The notes under the pieces are model-generated. The model worked only from the letters and a program-made list of their open reading frames with translations. It did not search any database and was not told the DNA's origin. The position numbers and the translations under genes are program-made. Below, piece after piece: positions 1 to 10,203 of a stretch of 64,000 nucleotides of DNA. Positions within the stretch are counted from its first letter, which is position 1. Each line of letters opens with the position of its first letter. The stretch comes from an uncultured virus (IMG/VR IMGVR_UViG_3300033066_001354) (Duplodnaviria > Heunggongvirae > Uroviricota > Caudoviricetes), in IMG/VR virus record IMGVR_UViG_3300033066_001354; one strand, written 5' to 3'.

Positions 1-3000
1 TTGTTGCCTGCCACCAATTGTATTGGGTTCACAACGACGCCTTTCGAAGTCTTAAATCCACTAAAAGTCGTAAGGAAAACTTTTCCGCCGCACCAAAACG
101 CTGCGTAATAAGTTTTGGTCGGTTCATGACAAGCAAGCGCTGGTGCAAAGATATCGACCTCTGACACCAAATTGCCGTTAGAACGCAAGGTGGCTACGAC
201 GTAGGGGTTGCTCATTCCCTGACCGCCAATCAATGTTCGTGCAAAAAGTTCACCAGTCCTACCCTGTAAAGTGTAAGCTACAATGACCGTGTTGTCGCCT
301 CCCACTACAACGCCCGGGAATGTTTGAACGGCATTCAAACCAGACAGGAACGATGGTTGCACGACAGGAGACGAGTCTGGTATAGGATTGTTTGGCACTC
401 CATCGACTAAAAATATAGTTCCAACGGCTGTGTTGGTCGAACTGTCCCAAATATTAGCCTCTTTCAATAAAATGGAGCCCGGTGCAGCCCAACCCGCCAC
501 ATAACACAATGAAGAAACTGGCGATTGAGCAATTACCGAAGACAAAAAGCCGTCCGCAATTTTCTTGACAGCGTTAAAGTCTGCACCAGCCATATCTCGG
601 TTTGGCGCGAACCAAGAACCATAACCACCCAACGACGTGTTAATGTTGGCTTGAGCACCAGCATAATCGTTTCCTTCCACTTGAGACACTAACCCCAGAA
701 CACCCGAGTTGTTATTCGTAAAACTACCCTGGTTGACGAATTGAAGACTCGGTGCGGACGTACTCAAACTCACGACTCCTCCAGCACTTTTTCCTGCCAC
801 ATTGTCGTTTTGTAACGATGTGCGATATGGTGAGTCGAAAGTTTTATGTTTGATTACAGCAGTGTTCGAAGTTCCTCCCGTGTTGTCAGTGTCCTCATGG
901 GCAACATGTACAGTTTTTGACACCTTGTCTTCTACCGCAGCGGTAGCGGGTTCTCCAGCAGCACTGTCGGCCAGAACTGCCCTAAACCAAACATCTTGGT
1001 CTAAAAAGCCTTGCCCTCTTGCCAAAACTTCCATGTTCTTGGGCATGTTCATGAACCATGCTGGGCCGTAAAGGCTTCCTGTAATATCAATACCTGTAGT
1101 GCCAAGCACTACAAAAGAATTTGTCAAAAACTGTGAAGCTATGAACCAGAAGTCTGAAGTTTGTCCAATTGATTGATTTGGCACAAGCTGCAAGTCTTCG
1201 TAAAAAGCCGGGCTGCCCAAAAAAGATGCAACTTGCGATATAGAAAGGCGTGACACAGTGTGCTCCTTGATTTCCAAAGATTCAATCCTTAAACCAAATG
1301 GCACGTCACCAAGTTGACTTTGTAACGCCCCAACATCCACACCCTCGCCGCTCCTTGAGTATGGATATCCTATCAGCCTTAACACTAACTGCGTGCCAGT
1401 CCCTCCAATAATCATAGGTAGCTGTACAGTCGTTTTGTAACTCACATCATCAGAGCCTCCGACAGTCACACCTTTTATACTCGAAGAACGAAACACGCGC
1501 TCGGTGACAACCCCGTCACCGCTGACAAGAAACACTTCAATTCGATAATCTATCGTTACGACACTTGTGTCCAAGCCTCTGTTGACAATGAAAGATACGT
1601 CCCAGTCACCCTCTAACACACGTCCAGAGTCCAATGCTTTGCCTCCTGTGGCAAAATCAGCGTACACGTATGTCTGCTCGTCTTTTTCGCCAGGTACTGC
1701 CGTTATAGGAATACAAAATTTGGCTATTGCTCCCGAGTCAGACTTTCCCAGTTCTAAAAGCCCAGAGAAAGGAGCGGGGTCGTTTGATTTGAATTTTTCT
1801 TGATACCTTGGAAAATTACCATCTTCCAACACACCTCCGCCTATTTTGTTCACTGTGGCAACAAGAGGCTTGTCTAAGGCTACAAACTGAGAAGAATTAT
1901 AGCGCTCACCTCGCTGTGCGAACAAAACATGCGACTCTACATATTGAATTGGCGTCTCGAAAGTACCATATTGTGCATCTAGCTCCAATGTGATTTGTGG
2001 CAATGTCGGTGTGTTTTTCTCCACACCCTTTATCTCGCCGTCTTTTGAAGGATATCCCACTGCGTACAAAGCCACCATAAGTCGTGCGCCCCCGCTGAAC
2101 GATAAGTTAGGTACAGATAATTCTGCGTCATTGTAGCGCGTGATTTCCAGATATGTCAACCCGCTGGGTATTGGAGGGGAAATCATAACATCTTGCAGAC
2201 TACGAGGCGCTCCTTGAACCAATTTAGTCACGTTAGAGGACGTTTCAAAGTGAAATTCGTCCTTGCTATTCCTGAAGTGGTACAAATCATTGACATCCGT
2301 GTCTAAGTCGTCAGGCACCATCCAAAATCGGGCGAACAGATGCGTGTTCAGTAAAAAGTCAGAATCAGACACCTTCGCCCTAATAGCTAACTTAAAAGAG
2401 CCTTTGCGAAACTTGATAGGACTGGCAAGTGGCTCAAAACCGTCCATGACAAACGTTGCAATAGGTCTGTCTATTTTCAGAGGGTCATTACCGACAATAT
2501 CGTCTAAAAGCAACACACGACGCACAATACTGTCTTTCTTGGTCGAAGTCGTTGCGGACGAAAGCGCACGGTATACCACTCTTTCACTGTATGTTTGATT
2601 TTTAAACGGCGCAGAATACTTTTCACCGCCAGAAGATAGTGACTGCACTACTCTATACCAATCGTTTGCGGACACTGTGTTGTCTAAGAAAAGATATTCA
2701 CTGACATATGGCCCGTTTGGGTCAAAGACATTGTTGCCACCGACGTTGTAAGTTGAACTATCAATCTTTGACCAATTTGCATTATCGGCTGGGGGTGGAG
2801 TGGCGTCTTTAGACGCGATTTTTTCCAACCTCAAAGTAGTAGTGCTTTTTTCTACACCAACACTGTCTGTCACAACGACCCTATTTTTGTTGGCATTAGC
2901 TATATGCGATGACGCAAGCTGACCACTTAATGACGTTTTGACAGTCCTTCTTCCAGGGGCTGGCCCAATAAACACAGCGAAGAATAAATTAAAGATGTTC

Positions 3001-3986
3001 AACGGGTCGAATATTGGCATCGAAAAGACCAAAAACCGTAAGTTTATCGAATGCGCAAGACCATACTGTTTGGCTATTCGCTCTTCAGGGGAAAAGACTT
3101 TAATATGAAAATTAGGATTGTCAGCGTCTGAGGGGAACGGCAATCTTTGCGCGTCCATAATTTGAGTTGGCGTGAAGTTGAACCTTACTGGATAAGCATA
3201 TTCCATCAAAGCGCATGGCAATTGTTCGTCATGTATATTAACCCTAGCTGCGTCAAAAAGATATACTTTTGACAACACAAGAGTGAGTGAAGCCAGACCC
3301 ACTCTGTTCGATATCGCAAACTTTTTTACAGTCGGAAAATCAGCCACAATAAACGACTCGACAAACTTTACAGTATGTGTGCTCAATGATTTTGTCGTAC
3401 CAGTGACTGCAAGTTCTTTCGGCTTGCCGTCTGAACCGACTTTTGGATACTCCGCATCGTCAAGTGTAATTTTTGCAAATTTATATTTGCTCCAATCCAC
3501 TCCAGGTGGCTCTCCGGTAGGGTTGCCAAGGTATTGTTCGACCAAGGCTTTGTCTTCAGGCTCAAGCAAATTAAGAAGCGCCGGGTCATTGATGTCCACC
3601 ATAAGCGCATATTCCAAAGTGACGGCCGAAAGTCTGTTCGATTGTGCAATTTCCATCTGCCATTTAAAGTCCACACCCTTTACCTCGAACACTTCGCTCG
3701 GTGGTTCTCCACGGTCGTTGTCGGGGTCTGCCCTTGGGCGATGTACAGTCAACACAGGATTGTTCTCCGCTCCTCTGGAACTTGGAGAATCGCCATTAAA
3801 CGTCACAGTGGCTGTGCCGCCTGAAAAACCCTCTTGCACAGGCACATCGTTACGGAACGAACCGCGCACAATGTGCGTCGGATAAAACCCTATCGGCGTA
3901 TCACCACCAGACGGGATGGTGTCTGGCACCCACTTGTAAGGACGAGTAGGCGGCTTGAACGTCGGGTTGGTATAACTATCGGGCAT
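1..3986 (-). CDS. Large protein (>1300 aa), probably virion structural; truncated by the window edge
   Basis: ATG at 3986 (MPDSYTNPTFKPP...). Manual translation is open over the stretch I read, and the same frame reads as protein at the left edge (...FSGFKTSKGVVVNPIQLVAGN). It is absent from the ORF track, consistent with no stop inside the window. Function inferred from context only. Confidence 0.75.
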   Translation of the reverse strand, partial: MPDSYTNPTFKPPTRPYKWVPDTIPSGGDTPIGFYPTHIVRGSFRNDVPVQEGFSGGTATVTFNGDSPSSRGAENNPVLTVHRPRADPDNDRGEPPSEVFEVKGVDFKWQMEIAQSNRLSAVTLEYALMVDINDPALLNLLEPEDKALVEQYLGNPTGEPPGVDWSKYKFAKITLDDAEYPKVGSDGKPKELAVTGTTKSLSTHTVKFVESFIVADFPTVKKFAISNRVGLASLTLVLSKVYLFDAARVNIHDEQLPCALMEYAYPVRFNFTPTQIMDAQRLPFPSDADNPNFHIKVFSPEERIAKQYGLAHSINLRFLVFSMPIFDPLNIFNLFFAVFIGPAPGRRTVKTSLSGQLASSHIANANKNRVVVTDSVGVEKSTTTLRLEKIASKDATPPPADNANWSKIDSSTYNVGGNNVFDPNGPYVSEYLFLDNTVSANDWYRVVQSLSSGGEKYSAPFKNQTYSERVVYRALSSATTSTKKDSIVRRVLLLDDIVGNDPLKIDRPIATFVMDGFEPLASPIKFRKGSFKLAIRAKVSDSDFLLNTHLFARFWMVPDDLDTDVNDLYHFRNSKDEFHFETSSNVTKLVQGAPRSLQDVMISPPIPSGLTYLEITRYNDAELSVPNLSFSGGARLMVALYAVGYPSKDGEIKGVEKNTPTLPQITLELDAQYGTFETPIQYVESHVLFAQRGERYNSSQFVALDKPLVATVNKIGGGVLEDGNFPRYQEKFKSNDPAPFSGLLELGKSDSGAIAKFCIPITAVPGEKDEQTYVYADFATGGKALDSGRVLEGDWDVSFIVNRGLDTSVVTIDYRIEVFLVSGDGVVTERVFRSSSIKGVTVGGSDDVSYKTTVQLPMIIGGTGTQLVLRLIGYPYSRSGEGVDVGALQSQLGDVPFGLRIESLEIKEHTVSRLSISQVASFLGSPAFYEDLQLVPNQSIGQTSDFWFIASQFLTNSFVVLGTTGIDITGSLYGPAWFMNMPKNMEVLARGQGFLDQDVWFRAVLADSAAGEPATAAVEDKVSKTVHVAHEDTDNTGGTSNTAVIKHKTFDSPYRTSLQNDNVAGKSAGGVVSLSTSAPSLQFVNQGSFTNNNSGVLGLVSQVEGNDYAGAQANINTSLGGYGSWFAPNRDMAGADFNAVKKIADGFLSSVIAQSPVSSLCYVAGWAAPGSILLKEANIWDSSTNTAVGTIFLVDGVPNNPIPDSSPVVQPSFLSGLNAVQTFPGVVVGGDNTVIVAYTLQGRTGELFARTLIGGQGMSNPYVVATLRSNGNLVSEVDIFAPALACHEPTKTYYAAFWCGGKVFLTTFSGFKTSKGVVVNPIQLVAGN

Positions 3987-3993
3987 GTTGTTA

Positions 3994-5322
3994 TTAAGGG
4001 TTTAGAAAATCATATATCATACTTTCGAACAAACGCACACTTTGTTTTTCCATAAGTTTGTTGTTCTCGACAAGACGAGATTCGAACCTGTCCCGGAGTT
4101 CTTGTTCTATCTGGACTCTCAAAAAGGCGTCTCTTGCCGCCAATGAAAACTCCATGTCATCGCTCCCAAGCTTCCTTTGAACTATATTAGGGTGAGAATC
4201 GACCACCTCTTTGATGATTTGTCTAATTTCTTTCACAGTCTCTTTATCACTTTCCAACTCTTCTGGAGGAAGCTCAGACTGTATGATTTTTTTAACTTTT
4301 GTTTCAATGGTCTTCATCTGTATTGTACTGTCTTTGACTTGTTTTTTCTTCATCTGAACGAAATCATCCATTACCTTGCGAATCACGCGAGGGGCGTCTT
4401 CTTCTTGGTGTATTTCTGGCTCTTCTTCACGATACACAAGCTTTTCTTCCATCAAGTTAATTAAGTTTTGGCTTTTGTTCGCTGGCTTTCGAGAAGTATT
4501 CAGGGGCTGGGCAGCTTGGATTTGTGGGATTGAAGCGTCTGGTACACCCGGCTCAGATTGAAGGACTTGACTGGAAGACACCGAATTATCGTCTCGCGCT
4601 TTGCGTGTTGTGACAAAAGTCTGTTCTACCTTAACTGCCCTGGCTTCAATAGGAATGGCGTCATGCCCTACTGGTGACAGGTTTAAATTGTCATATTTCT
4701 TGTCTGGTAACGATGAGACAACTATTTTGACAGAAGGTTCTGAACGAGCCGTTTGTTGTTGCTCAGACAATACAATTCTATCACCTGTTTCAACGTTGAT
4801 TCTTTTCTCCACAATACCGTCAGAGCGATTGGCGCTAATTTGAGAACTGTGATGCGCTTCGAAGGACACCGCTCTTCCAAGCCTTTCAAGCAAAGCGGCG
4901 GCCTCTGAATGAGTACGCGCAAAGTCTACACCTGGTAGCGGTACCGATTTTGCTGTATCGACGTGCGTATCAAATTCCTTTTGTTTCAAATGCCTGACCG
5001 AAGTAATTCGTTCTGGTTGTCCAGAGTTTATCCTCAAAAATGAAGGCTCGGGAGGTAGTGGGGCACCAGTGTTCTGCTCTTTGGTCTGTGGAGAATAGCG
5101 CTTGGAAACTTTAGACGGCAATGCCACATAAATACTGTCTGGCAACTGATGTTCCGGCTCGTATTTAGTATCTCCAGAAGTATACTTACCTATTTCAAGC
5201 CCTTGTGTGCGCAATGGGTTGGAATATGACGCTTTATCGTAAGAGCTTTCAATGTCTGCTTGTAGCTCCTCCGGTTCTGCAAAAGCTTCATGGTGAAAAG
5301 CGTTGATGTTGTCTTTCATCAA
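3994..5322 (-). CDS. Hypothetical protein, 442 aa, low-complexity/charged
   Basis: Long ORF in a minus-strand operon; no recognisable motif. Confidence 0.7.
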   Translation of the reverse strand: MMKDNINAFHHEAFAEPEELQADIESSYDKASYSNPLRTQGLEIGKYTSGDTKYEPEHQLPDSIYVALPSKVSKRYSPQTKEQNTGAPLPPEPSFLRINSGQPERITSVRHLKQKEFDTHVDTAKSVPLPGVDFARTHSEAAALLERLGRAVSFEAHHSSQISANRSDGIVEKRINVETGDRIVLSEQQQTARSEPSVKIVVSSLPDKKYDNLNLSPVGHDAIPIEARAVKVEQTFVTTRKARDDNSVSSSQVLQSEPGVPDASIPQIQAAQPLNTSRKPANKSQNLINLMEEKLVYREEEPEIHQEEDAPRVIRKVMDDFVQMKKKQVKDSTIQMKTIETKVKKIIQSELPPEELESDKETVKEIRQIIKEVVDSHPNIVQRKLGSDDMEFSLAARDAFLRVQIEQELRDRFESRLVENNKLMEKQSVRLFESMIYDFLNP

Positions 5323-5325
5323 GCT

Positions 5326-5613
5326 TCACCATGTCGCCTTGTCATGATAAGGAAAATCACCGACCCGCCAACCAGGAGTGATTGAGGGGCTAAGTGGATT
5401 AATCGGAAAATTAGGGGTGGTGTTAGGCGGGTCTCCAATTGTCCAATCTGGACTTATTGGAGGACATAATGGATTAAAGGGCATGTTTGGTATTTGTGGC
5501 AATGTCTTGTGAGGCACTGGCATTGGCTCACCACAACAAGGGCAAAGTACGTAGTTATTATTGCACTTTGGGCACGTGATTCGATTAGGGAAAGTGTTCG
5601 GTATGTAGCACAT
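5326..5613 (-). CDS. Small Zn-ribbon, Pro-rich protein with an internal duplication
   Basis: CPKC..CPCC followed by two similar units, PNMPFNPLCPPISPDWTIGDPP and PNFPINPLSPSITPGWRVGDFP. Confidence 0.6.
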   Translation of the reverse strand: MCYIPNTFPNRITCPKCNNNYVLCPCCGEPMPVPHKTLPQIPNMPFNPLCPPISPDWTIGDPPNTTPNFPINPLSPSITPGWRVGDFPYHDKATW

Positions 5614-5634
5614 AGTTGCACCTTTTTATACAAG

Positions 5635-7815
5635 CTAGTTAAGGCGTCTTATCCTGTGCTTTGGCTTCATTTTCCATGTAGGTTCGTTTCGATGTTCCTC
5701 GGGGTGTACCATAACATCTCCATAAGGGGGCTCGTTGTCGTACAACTTGTCCCAGTATTCATCGACCTTCATTGGTTTGGCCTCGACAGTATTAGAGTCC
5801 TCACTATCCTCTTTGACGCCTTTTTCCACCAATTCTTCAGGACTTTTTTCAGAAAGTCTGACAAATTTATCATTTGTGGAAGCAATGGCTCCACCAGACT
5901 GTTGTTTCATCAAGTTTCGTAAAGCCACCACACCTTCAGATTGTGCCATTTGTGCCGCAGCCTCCATTTGGTCTGCCCTGGATTTACAATATTGCGCCAT
6001 CGCAGGTTCGGTCTGTTGTATTTTAACAACAGCACTGCGGTACATTTGCGCTGCCTGTCCATATAATTGTGCCATTTGTAGTGCGACTTTTGAAAAGGGC
6101 ATGACGTAAGCGTCTGCTCCGACATAGTTGAAAGCAGCCATCATTTCCATTCCAGCTTTTAGTTTGCGGTACGTTGGCTCTAACACTCGAACTTGTTGGT
6201 CGATTGGGCCGATGATGGAAATATCAAAAATCTTGATGCGCATTTCTTGCGCTTCTTTAAGTTGAGCCCTATAGTTAGCCTCCAGGTTTCTTAAATTCGC
6301 CATGAATTGCACTATGCCGACTCCGCTTTGATTTAAAGAGGCAGGCGATACAGAAGAAGCCACACCTACAAAAATAGTCAACAAAGACTGAATCAACTGC
6401 ACTAATGTTTGGGCATTCTTGTCTGCGGTGACGGAATATGCCTGAATTTGTTCTGGCGTAACATAAGTGCCTGTGGCAAATTCTTGGTCGAATTGTGACC
6501 GTGGTTGCCAACCAGCTTCAAGCATTTCTGTCAAATTCTTAAAGTTGGTGTCGAGAGCAGCTTTGGTCGTCTCTATCAAAGATTGCGTCCTCTGGACTTC
6601 ATTAGCCACTTGAGTGTTCCACACCCCGACCATCAAGCCCATTTGGGCGATATTATTTGTGACACCCTGGTTCGCCTGTTGCATGTTTTGTGAGATTTGC
6701 TGTGTCTGGTCTGGTTGCGTTGGCACATCAGGAGCGGTAGGCGCAGGCGCAGTTTTGGCAGCTTCAGGAGGGGCAGACAAATCCTGTGGAGCCGCCCCTG
6801 GCTGGTTTTGAGCGACGACTTTCCTTACCCTTGTACTCTCGGCACCGATAAAACCACCAGGTACTGTATTAGGTTTTGGAAGATTACCAAGACCAGTCTT
6901 CCCTCCGACACCCAGACCGTGTAAAGCGGTGTCTTTCAAAGCATTGGCCATAGCCACACCTCGCAACAACTTCATTATCGTAGCGATACCAAGCGTGTTG
7001 GTTTTCACCCATTCTGGCAAGTTCTGGTTCAAATAAGAATAAATGTCGTGCAATTTTTTGTCGGCAATTTTGCGAATCTCAAGATTCATAAGATTCATTT
7101 GCATCAAAAACGCCTCATGGGTGGCTTGCATTCTTTGATGCGTCAAGTTGGTTTCGTTCAATTCGGCACCAAGGGTGCTATTAGGAGCATTAATACCGTC
7201 AAAAGCTTGTTGCAAGTCACGGCTTTGGTTCATATTGCCCTTACTACCAGGAGCACCCATTAAGCTATATCTTACTGCGGCTAAAGCCTGCGGGTTGAAC
7301 TGTCCTAAAGCAGCTTGTTTTGCCATATTGAACAAACCCAGACCAGGCACTTGTCCTTCGTATTTTGCAATCGTCCTCATGATTGCTATAGCACGGTCAG
7401 GGCTATATGGGTTTCGCATATAAATAGCCTCTGCCACCGGGAAAATATCTTGAAACGTCGTTGCTGACGAACTAGCCACGGACGCCAAGTCTTGTAAAAA
7501 CTTTGCCGCATTCATGTAACTTGGCATGCCGTCATTAATAAGTTTTTGAGCGTAAGCATCAACCGTGTCTTTATCAAGACCATAGCCCATTAATTGCTCG
7601 CGGGCTGCTTGTTGAGTCATATTAAGGTCATTAATAAAGTCATCACCATCGCTGGTTTTGTCACCGCGATGATTTTCGCCACCAATTTCATTAGCTTTGT
7701 CTGTAAGCCCTTTAGCCGCTTTACCAGCCTCGCTTACAGCTTCACCAATAGCTGGCAGAACTTCTGCGGCAGCTTGAGCTTGGGCTGTGGTGATTTTTAG
7801 TAAGCGTTCTGACAT
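5635..7815 (-). CDS. Helical Ala/Gln-rich virion protein (internal/ejection or tape-measure-like)
   Basis: 726 aa, A/Q/M-rich; N-terminal KITTAQ site; ends in TAG. Confidence 0.5.
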   Translation of the reverse strand: MSERLLKITTAQAQAAAEVLPAIGEAVSEAGKAAKGLTDKANEIGGENHRGDKTSDGDDFINDLNMTQQAAREQLMGYGLDKDTVDAYAQKLINDGMPSYMNAAKFLQDLASVASSSATTFQDIFPVAEAIYMRNPYSPDRAIAIMRTIAKYEGQVPGLGLFNMAKQAALGQFNPQALAAVRYSLMGAPGSKGNMNQSRDLQQAFDGINAPNSTLGAELNETNLTHQRMQATHEAFLMQMNLMNLEIRKIADKKLHDIYSYLNQNLPEWVKTNTLGIATIMKLLRGVAMANALKDTALHGLGVGGKTGLGNLPKPNTVPGGFIGAESTRVRKVVAQNQPGAAPQDLSAPPEAAKTAPAPTAPDVPTQPDQTQQISQNMQQANQGVTNNIAQMGLMVGVWNTQVANEVQRTQSLIETTKAALDTNFKNLTEMLEAGWQPRSQFDQEFATGTYVTPEQIQAYSVTADKNAQTLVQLIQSLLTIFVGVASSVSPASLNQSGVGIVQFMANLRNLEANYRAQLKEAQEMRIKIFDISIIGPIDQQVRVLEPTYRKLKAGMEMMAAFNYVGADAYVMPFSKVALQMAQLYGQAAQMYRSAVVKIQQTEPAMAQYCKSRADQMEAAAQMAQSEGVVALRNLMKQQSGGAIASTNDKFVRLSEKSPEELVEKGVKEDSEDSNTVEAKPMKVDEYWDKLYDNEPPYGDVMVHPEEHRNEPTWKMKPKHRIRRLN

Positions 7816-7816
7816 A

Positions 7817-9214
7817 TCAATTCACATCTTTCACAGTTGATTGGTCTGACACCTGGGTTTCATTGCCAGTCTGGGGCTGGTATTGCTTCAAAAACAGTTG
7901 CGCTTGGGCGTCCACAGTTTCTAAGTAAGATAGCGCCTGTTTGAAAGTCGCCTCGCCTGGAGCCCCCTGTTCCAAAATAGTAAAGAGATTGCGGACAACC
8001 GTGTCCATAGGCTCAACAGTCATTGTTGGCGCGTTTTGTGCCACCCTTGTGTTGTCATTCAAAACATCAGACTTTTTGCGGTCTACTAAATTGTAATAGT
8101 CGCTTGCTCCGGTGGGCAGCCAGTCGTTTGGATTCGCTGGCAAGTTAGGTTTTGTAGGACTCCAAGAAGAGTCGTCGGGGCTGAATTGACCACCCAGACC
8201 ACCAATATTATTACCATTTGTCGTTCCCCCCAGTCCGCCAGTTCCGCCGTTGTTCGGTAGTTTGGCAGGCGCGTCTGGATTCATAAAACCTTGTCCGGTC
8301 GTGATATTACCAGCCTTGTCTATATCTGTTTGCGGAAGGGGAAGTCCAGCCATTTGTGAAGCGCCCCACACCGTTGCGGCACCAGTAGCCAAAGCGGGTA
8401 AAGAGGCGATTCCGGCGCTCAAAGTCGCAAAGCTTTGTGCGACTCCACGAAGGGCCGCTGAGGCTCCGGTATCAGCGCTTAGTTGCTGTAAAGCCGATTT
8501 TACAGCAACTGGGTCGTTAATAACTATATGCCCCGGAGACAAACTTGCCGAACCAGCGCCGCCATGCACCATCTGTCCAGAACCTTGGAAAAATTGCTTA
8601 TATGTGATTGAGCGTGGTATCCCGTTGTCACCCATCTGGGAAACACCTGGAATAACATTGTTCATAATCTTGTCATCATTGGGAGTTAGCCACTTGATAG
8701 CTTTCCAATACTTGCCCAAAGCCGACTGTGTGCCAATACCCGCATTACCAAGCTCCTGTTGCATAGAGTTATAAGCCGCAACGTCACCTGTCTTAGCACG
8801 TTCTGCCAATTCTTGAATACGCTTCCAGAACGGTTGCATACCCTTCTGAAAAGGTTTGAAAAGAACAGGTTTCCCAGTCCTTTTGTTCAAGTCCGACAAG
8901 AAGTCGGTCATTTCGTCTGTATATTTCCGCAAATCAGGATGAGCAGCAGCGCCAGCAGGATTGGCTATTCCCTTGACTTTAGACAGCAACTGTTCGACTT
9001 CTTCAGGACTGTAGTGACCACGGCTTAAGATTTTAGTCAACAAGTTGCGGATTGTGTCACCGACACCCGACTCGACGATACGACCAGACTCCAACAATGC
9101 TACGGCCCTTGCCGTAATGTCGGCATCCACCGTCCTTTCGGCTGTTTTCAACCCACGAGATTCCAATAAAATACTTGGAATTTCGATTGTTGCTAAGCGT
9201 GTCTTCTTCTTCAT
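7817..9214 (-). CDS. Probable internal virion protein, Gly-rich
   Basis: 465 aa; GLKTAE site near the N-terminus; preceded by the AGG-N19-GAA promoter. Confidence 0.5.
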   Translation of the reverse strand: MKKKTRLATIEIPSILLESRGLKTAERTVDADITARAVALLESGRIVESGVGDTIRNLLTKILSRGHYSPEEVEQLLSKVKGIANPAGAAAHPDLRKYTDEMTDFLSDLNKRTGKPVLFKPFQKGMQPFWKRIQELAERAKTGDVAAYNSMQQELGNAGIGTQSALGKYWKAIKWLTPNDDKIMNNVIPGVSQMGDNGIPRSITYKQFFQGSGQMVHGGAGSASLSPGHIVINDPVAVKSALQQLSADTGASAALRGVAQSFATLSAGIASLPALATGAATVWGASQMAGLPLPQTDIDKAGNITTGQGFMNPDAPAKLPNNGGTGGLGGTTNGNNIGGLGGQFSPDDSSWSPTKPNLPANPNDWLPTGASDYYNLVDRKKSDVLNDNTRVAQNAPTMTVEPMDTVVRNLFTILEQGAPGEATFKQALSYLETVDAQAQLFLKQYQPQTGNETQVSDQSTVKDVN

Positions 9215-9243
9215 GGTGTGCTCACGTTGAACCTAGCTATACT

Positions 9244-9268
9244 TTCTCATAAACCAAGCCCCTGTCCT
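9244..9268 (-). promoter_or_regulatory. Putative late promoter AGG-N19-GAA
   Basis: AGG ACAGGGGCTTGGTTTATGA GAA, upstream of 9214. Confidence 0.6.
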
Positions 9269-9307
9269 ACAATTCCTCATAATCAAAACAGTGTCGTGTA
9301 TACAGAC

Positions 9308-9574
9308 ATGGTTATGGTCTTGTTGGCCGTGTTTGCGACTGCCGCAACCCTACTTGGTGTAGGTATAATCCTACAAAATGCCACCCAAAAGTTGCTGACG
9401 CCGTTCATAGGAGTCTCAAAGGCACAAACAGTAATGCACCACATCTATCGTTTGTTGCAATTGGGTGTCTGTGGTGCGGCGTTCTTGATTTCTGTGCAAC
9501 TCTTCGGCTGGGTTGTTACGGTCGTGTCTACAGTTATAATCACTGTCGCAGTGTTCTTAATCAGGTCTGGTTAG
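9308..9574 (+). CDS. Small membrane protein (2-3 TM segments)
   Basis: Hydrophobic ORF; start moved to ATG 9308. Confidence 0.5.
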   Translation: MVMVLLAVFATAATLLGVGIILQNATQKLLTPFIGVSKAQTVMHHIYRLLQLGVCGAAFLISVQLFGWVVTVVSTVIITVAVFLIRSG

Positions 9575-9741
9575 TCTGAACTGGCTATGAACTTGTAAGT
9601 CGAAGTGTTGCAATGCGGGCAAGCACCCTTTAATGCGCGTCTTTTGGAGCGCAAGGTTAGAGTTTGTGGGTTGTTGACGTTCACTTTGTGCCTACATTTG
9701 ACACAATACATCACTACGTTCTTCAGAAAATTTTCGGACAT
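9571..9741 (-). CDS. DUF5679-like small zinc-binding protein (56 aa, not in the ORF track)
   Basis: MSENFLKNVVMYCVKCRHKVNVNNPQTLTLRSKRRALRGACPHCNTSTYKFIASSD; YCVKCR...G.CPxC pattern. Confidence 0.7.
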   Translation of the reverse strand: MSENFLKNVVMYCVKCRHKVNVNNPQTLTLRSKRRALKGACPHCNTSTYKFIASSD

Positions 9742-9793
9742 TTTTTTGTCTCCTTTTACCTTATACAGTTCTTAGTTGTATAAACCTTCTGCG

Positions 9794-10132
9794 ATGCCGA
9801 AATATAAGTTTCGATGTCCGAACGAAAAGTGCGAAAACCACTTTGACGTTCGGATGTCGGCAGAAGAATACAAACCAGAACAAACATGTCCCGATTGTGG
9901 TTCGGAAGCTGTAAGGGTGTTCACACCCGTGACAGTACACCAGGGTCGAACTTTGTCGCAAAAACAGTCTGGCGCGTCTCTACAAACGATTGACAACGGC
10001 AAATACATGAAAGACGCACGAGAGAGAAGGAAAAAAAATTATGACCCTACTTCCAGAGAAGCGCAATCAAACGAATTATGGGTGGGTTCTGAAGTAAACG
10101 ACGGGATAATTAAAGCGCCACCAAAAAAATAA
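9794..10132 (+). CDS. FmdB-family zinc ribbon protein
   Basis: MPKYKFRC..C...F......CPDCGS...RVF pattern; start at ATG 9794. Confidence 0.75.
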   Translation: MPKYKFRCPNEKCENHFDVRMSAEEYKPEQTCPDCGSEAVRVFTPVTVHQGRTLSQKQSGASLQTIDNGKYMKDARERRKKNYDPTSREAQSNELWVGSEVNDGIIKAPPKK

Positions 10133-10157
10133 AGGTCAAAACACACTTGAGACAGAA
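10133..10157 (+). promoter_or_regulatory. Putative late promoter AGG-N19-GAA
   Basis: AGG TCAAAACACACTTGAGACA GAA. Confidence 0.6.
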
Positions 10158-10203
10158 GCATTAATTTCTGAACTCAAAAAACAAAAACGGAGACAGAAAC
10201 AAT

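Noticed and set aside
1..3990. Apparent non-coding or fragmented region
   Set aside because: It is a single minus-strand ORF running off the window edge; the short plus-strand ORFs are antisense shadows.
5315..5339. Additional AGG-N19-GAA match
   Set aside because: It overlaps the start codon of the gene it would drive, so it is probably a chance match.
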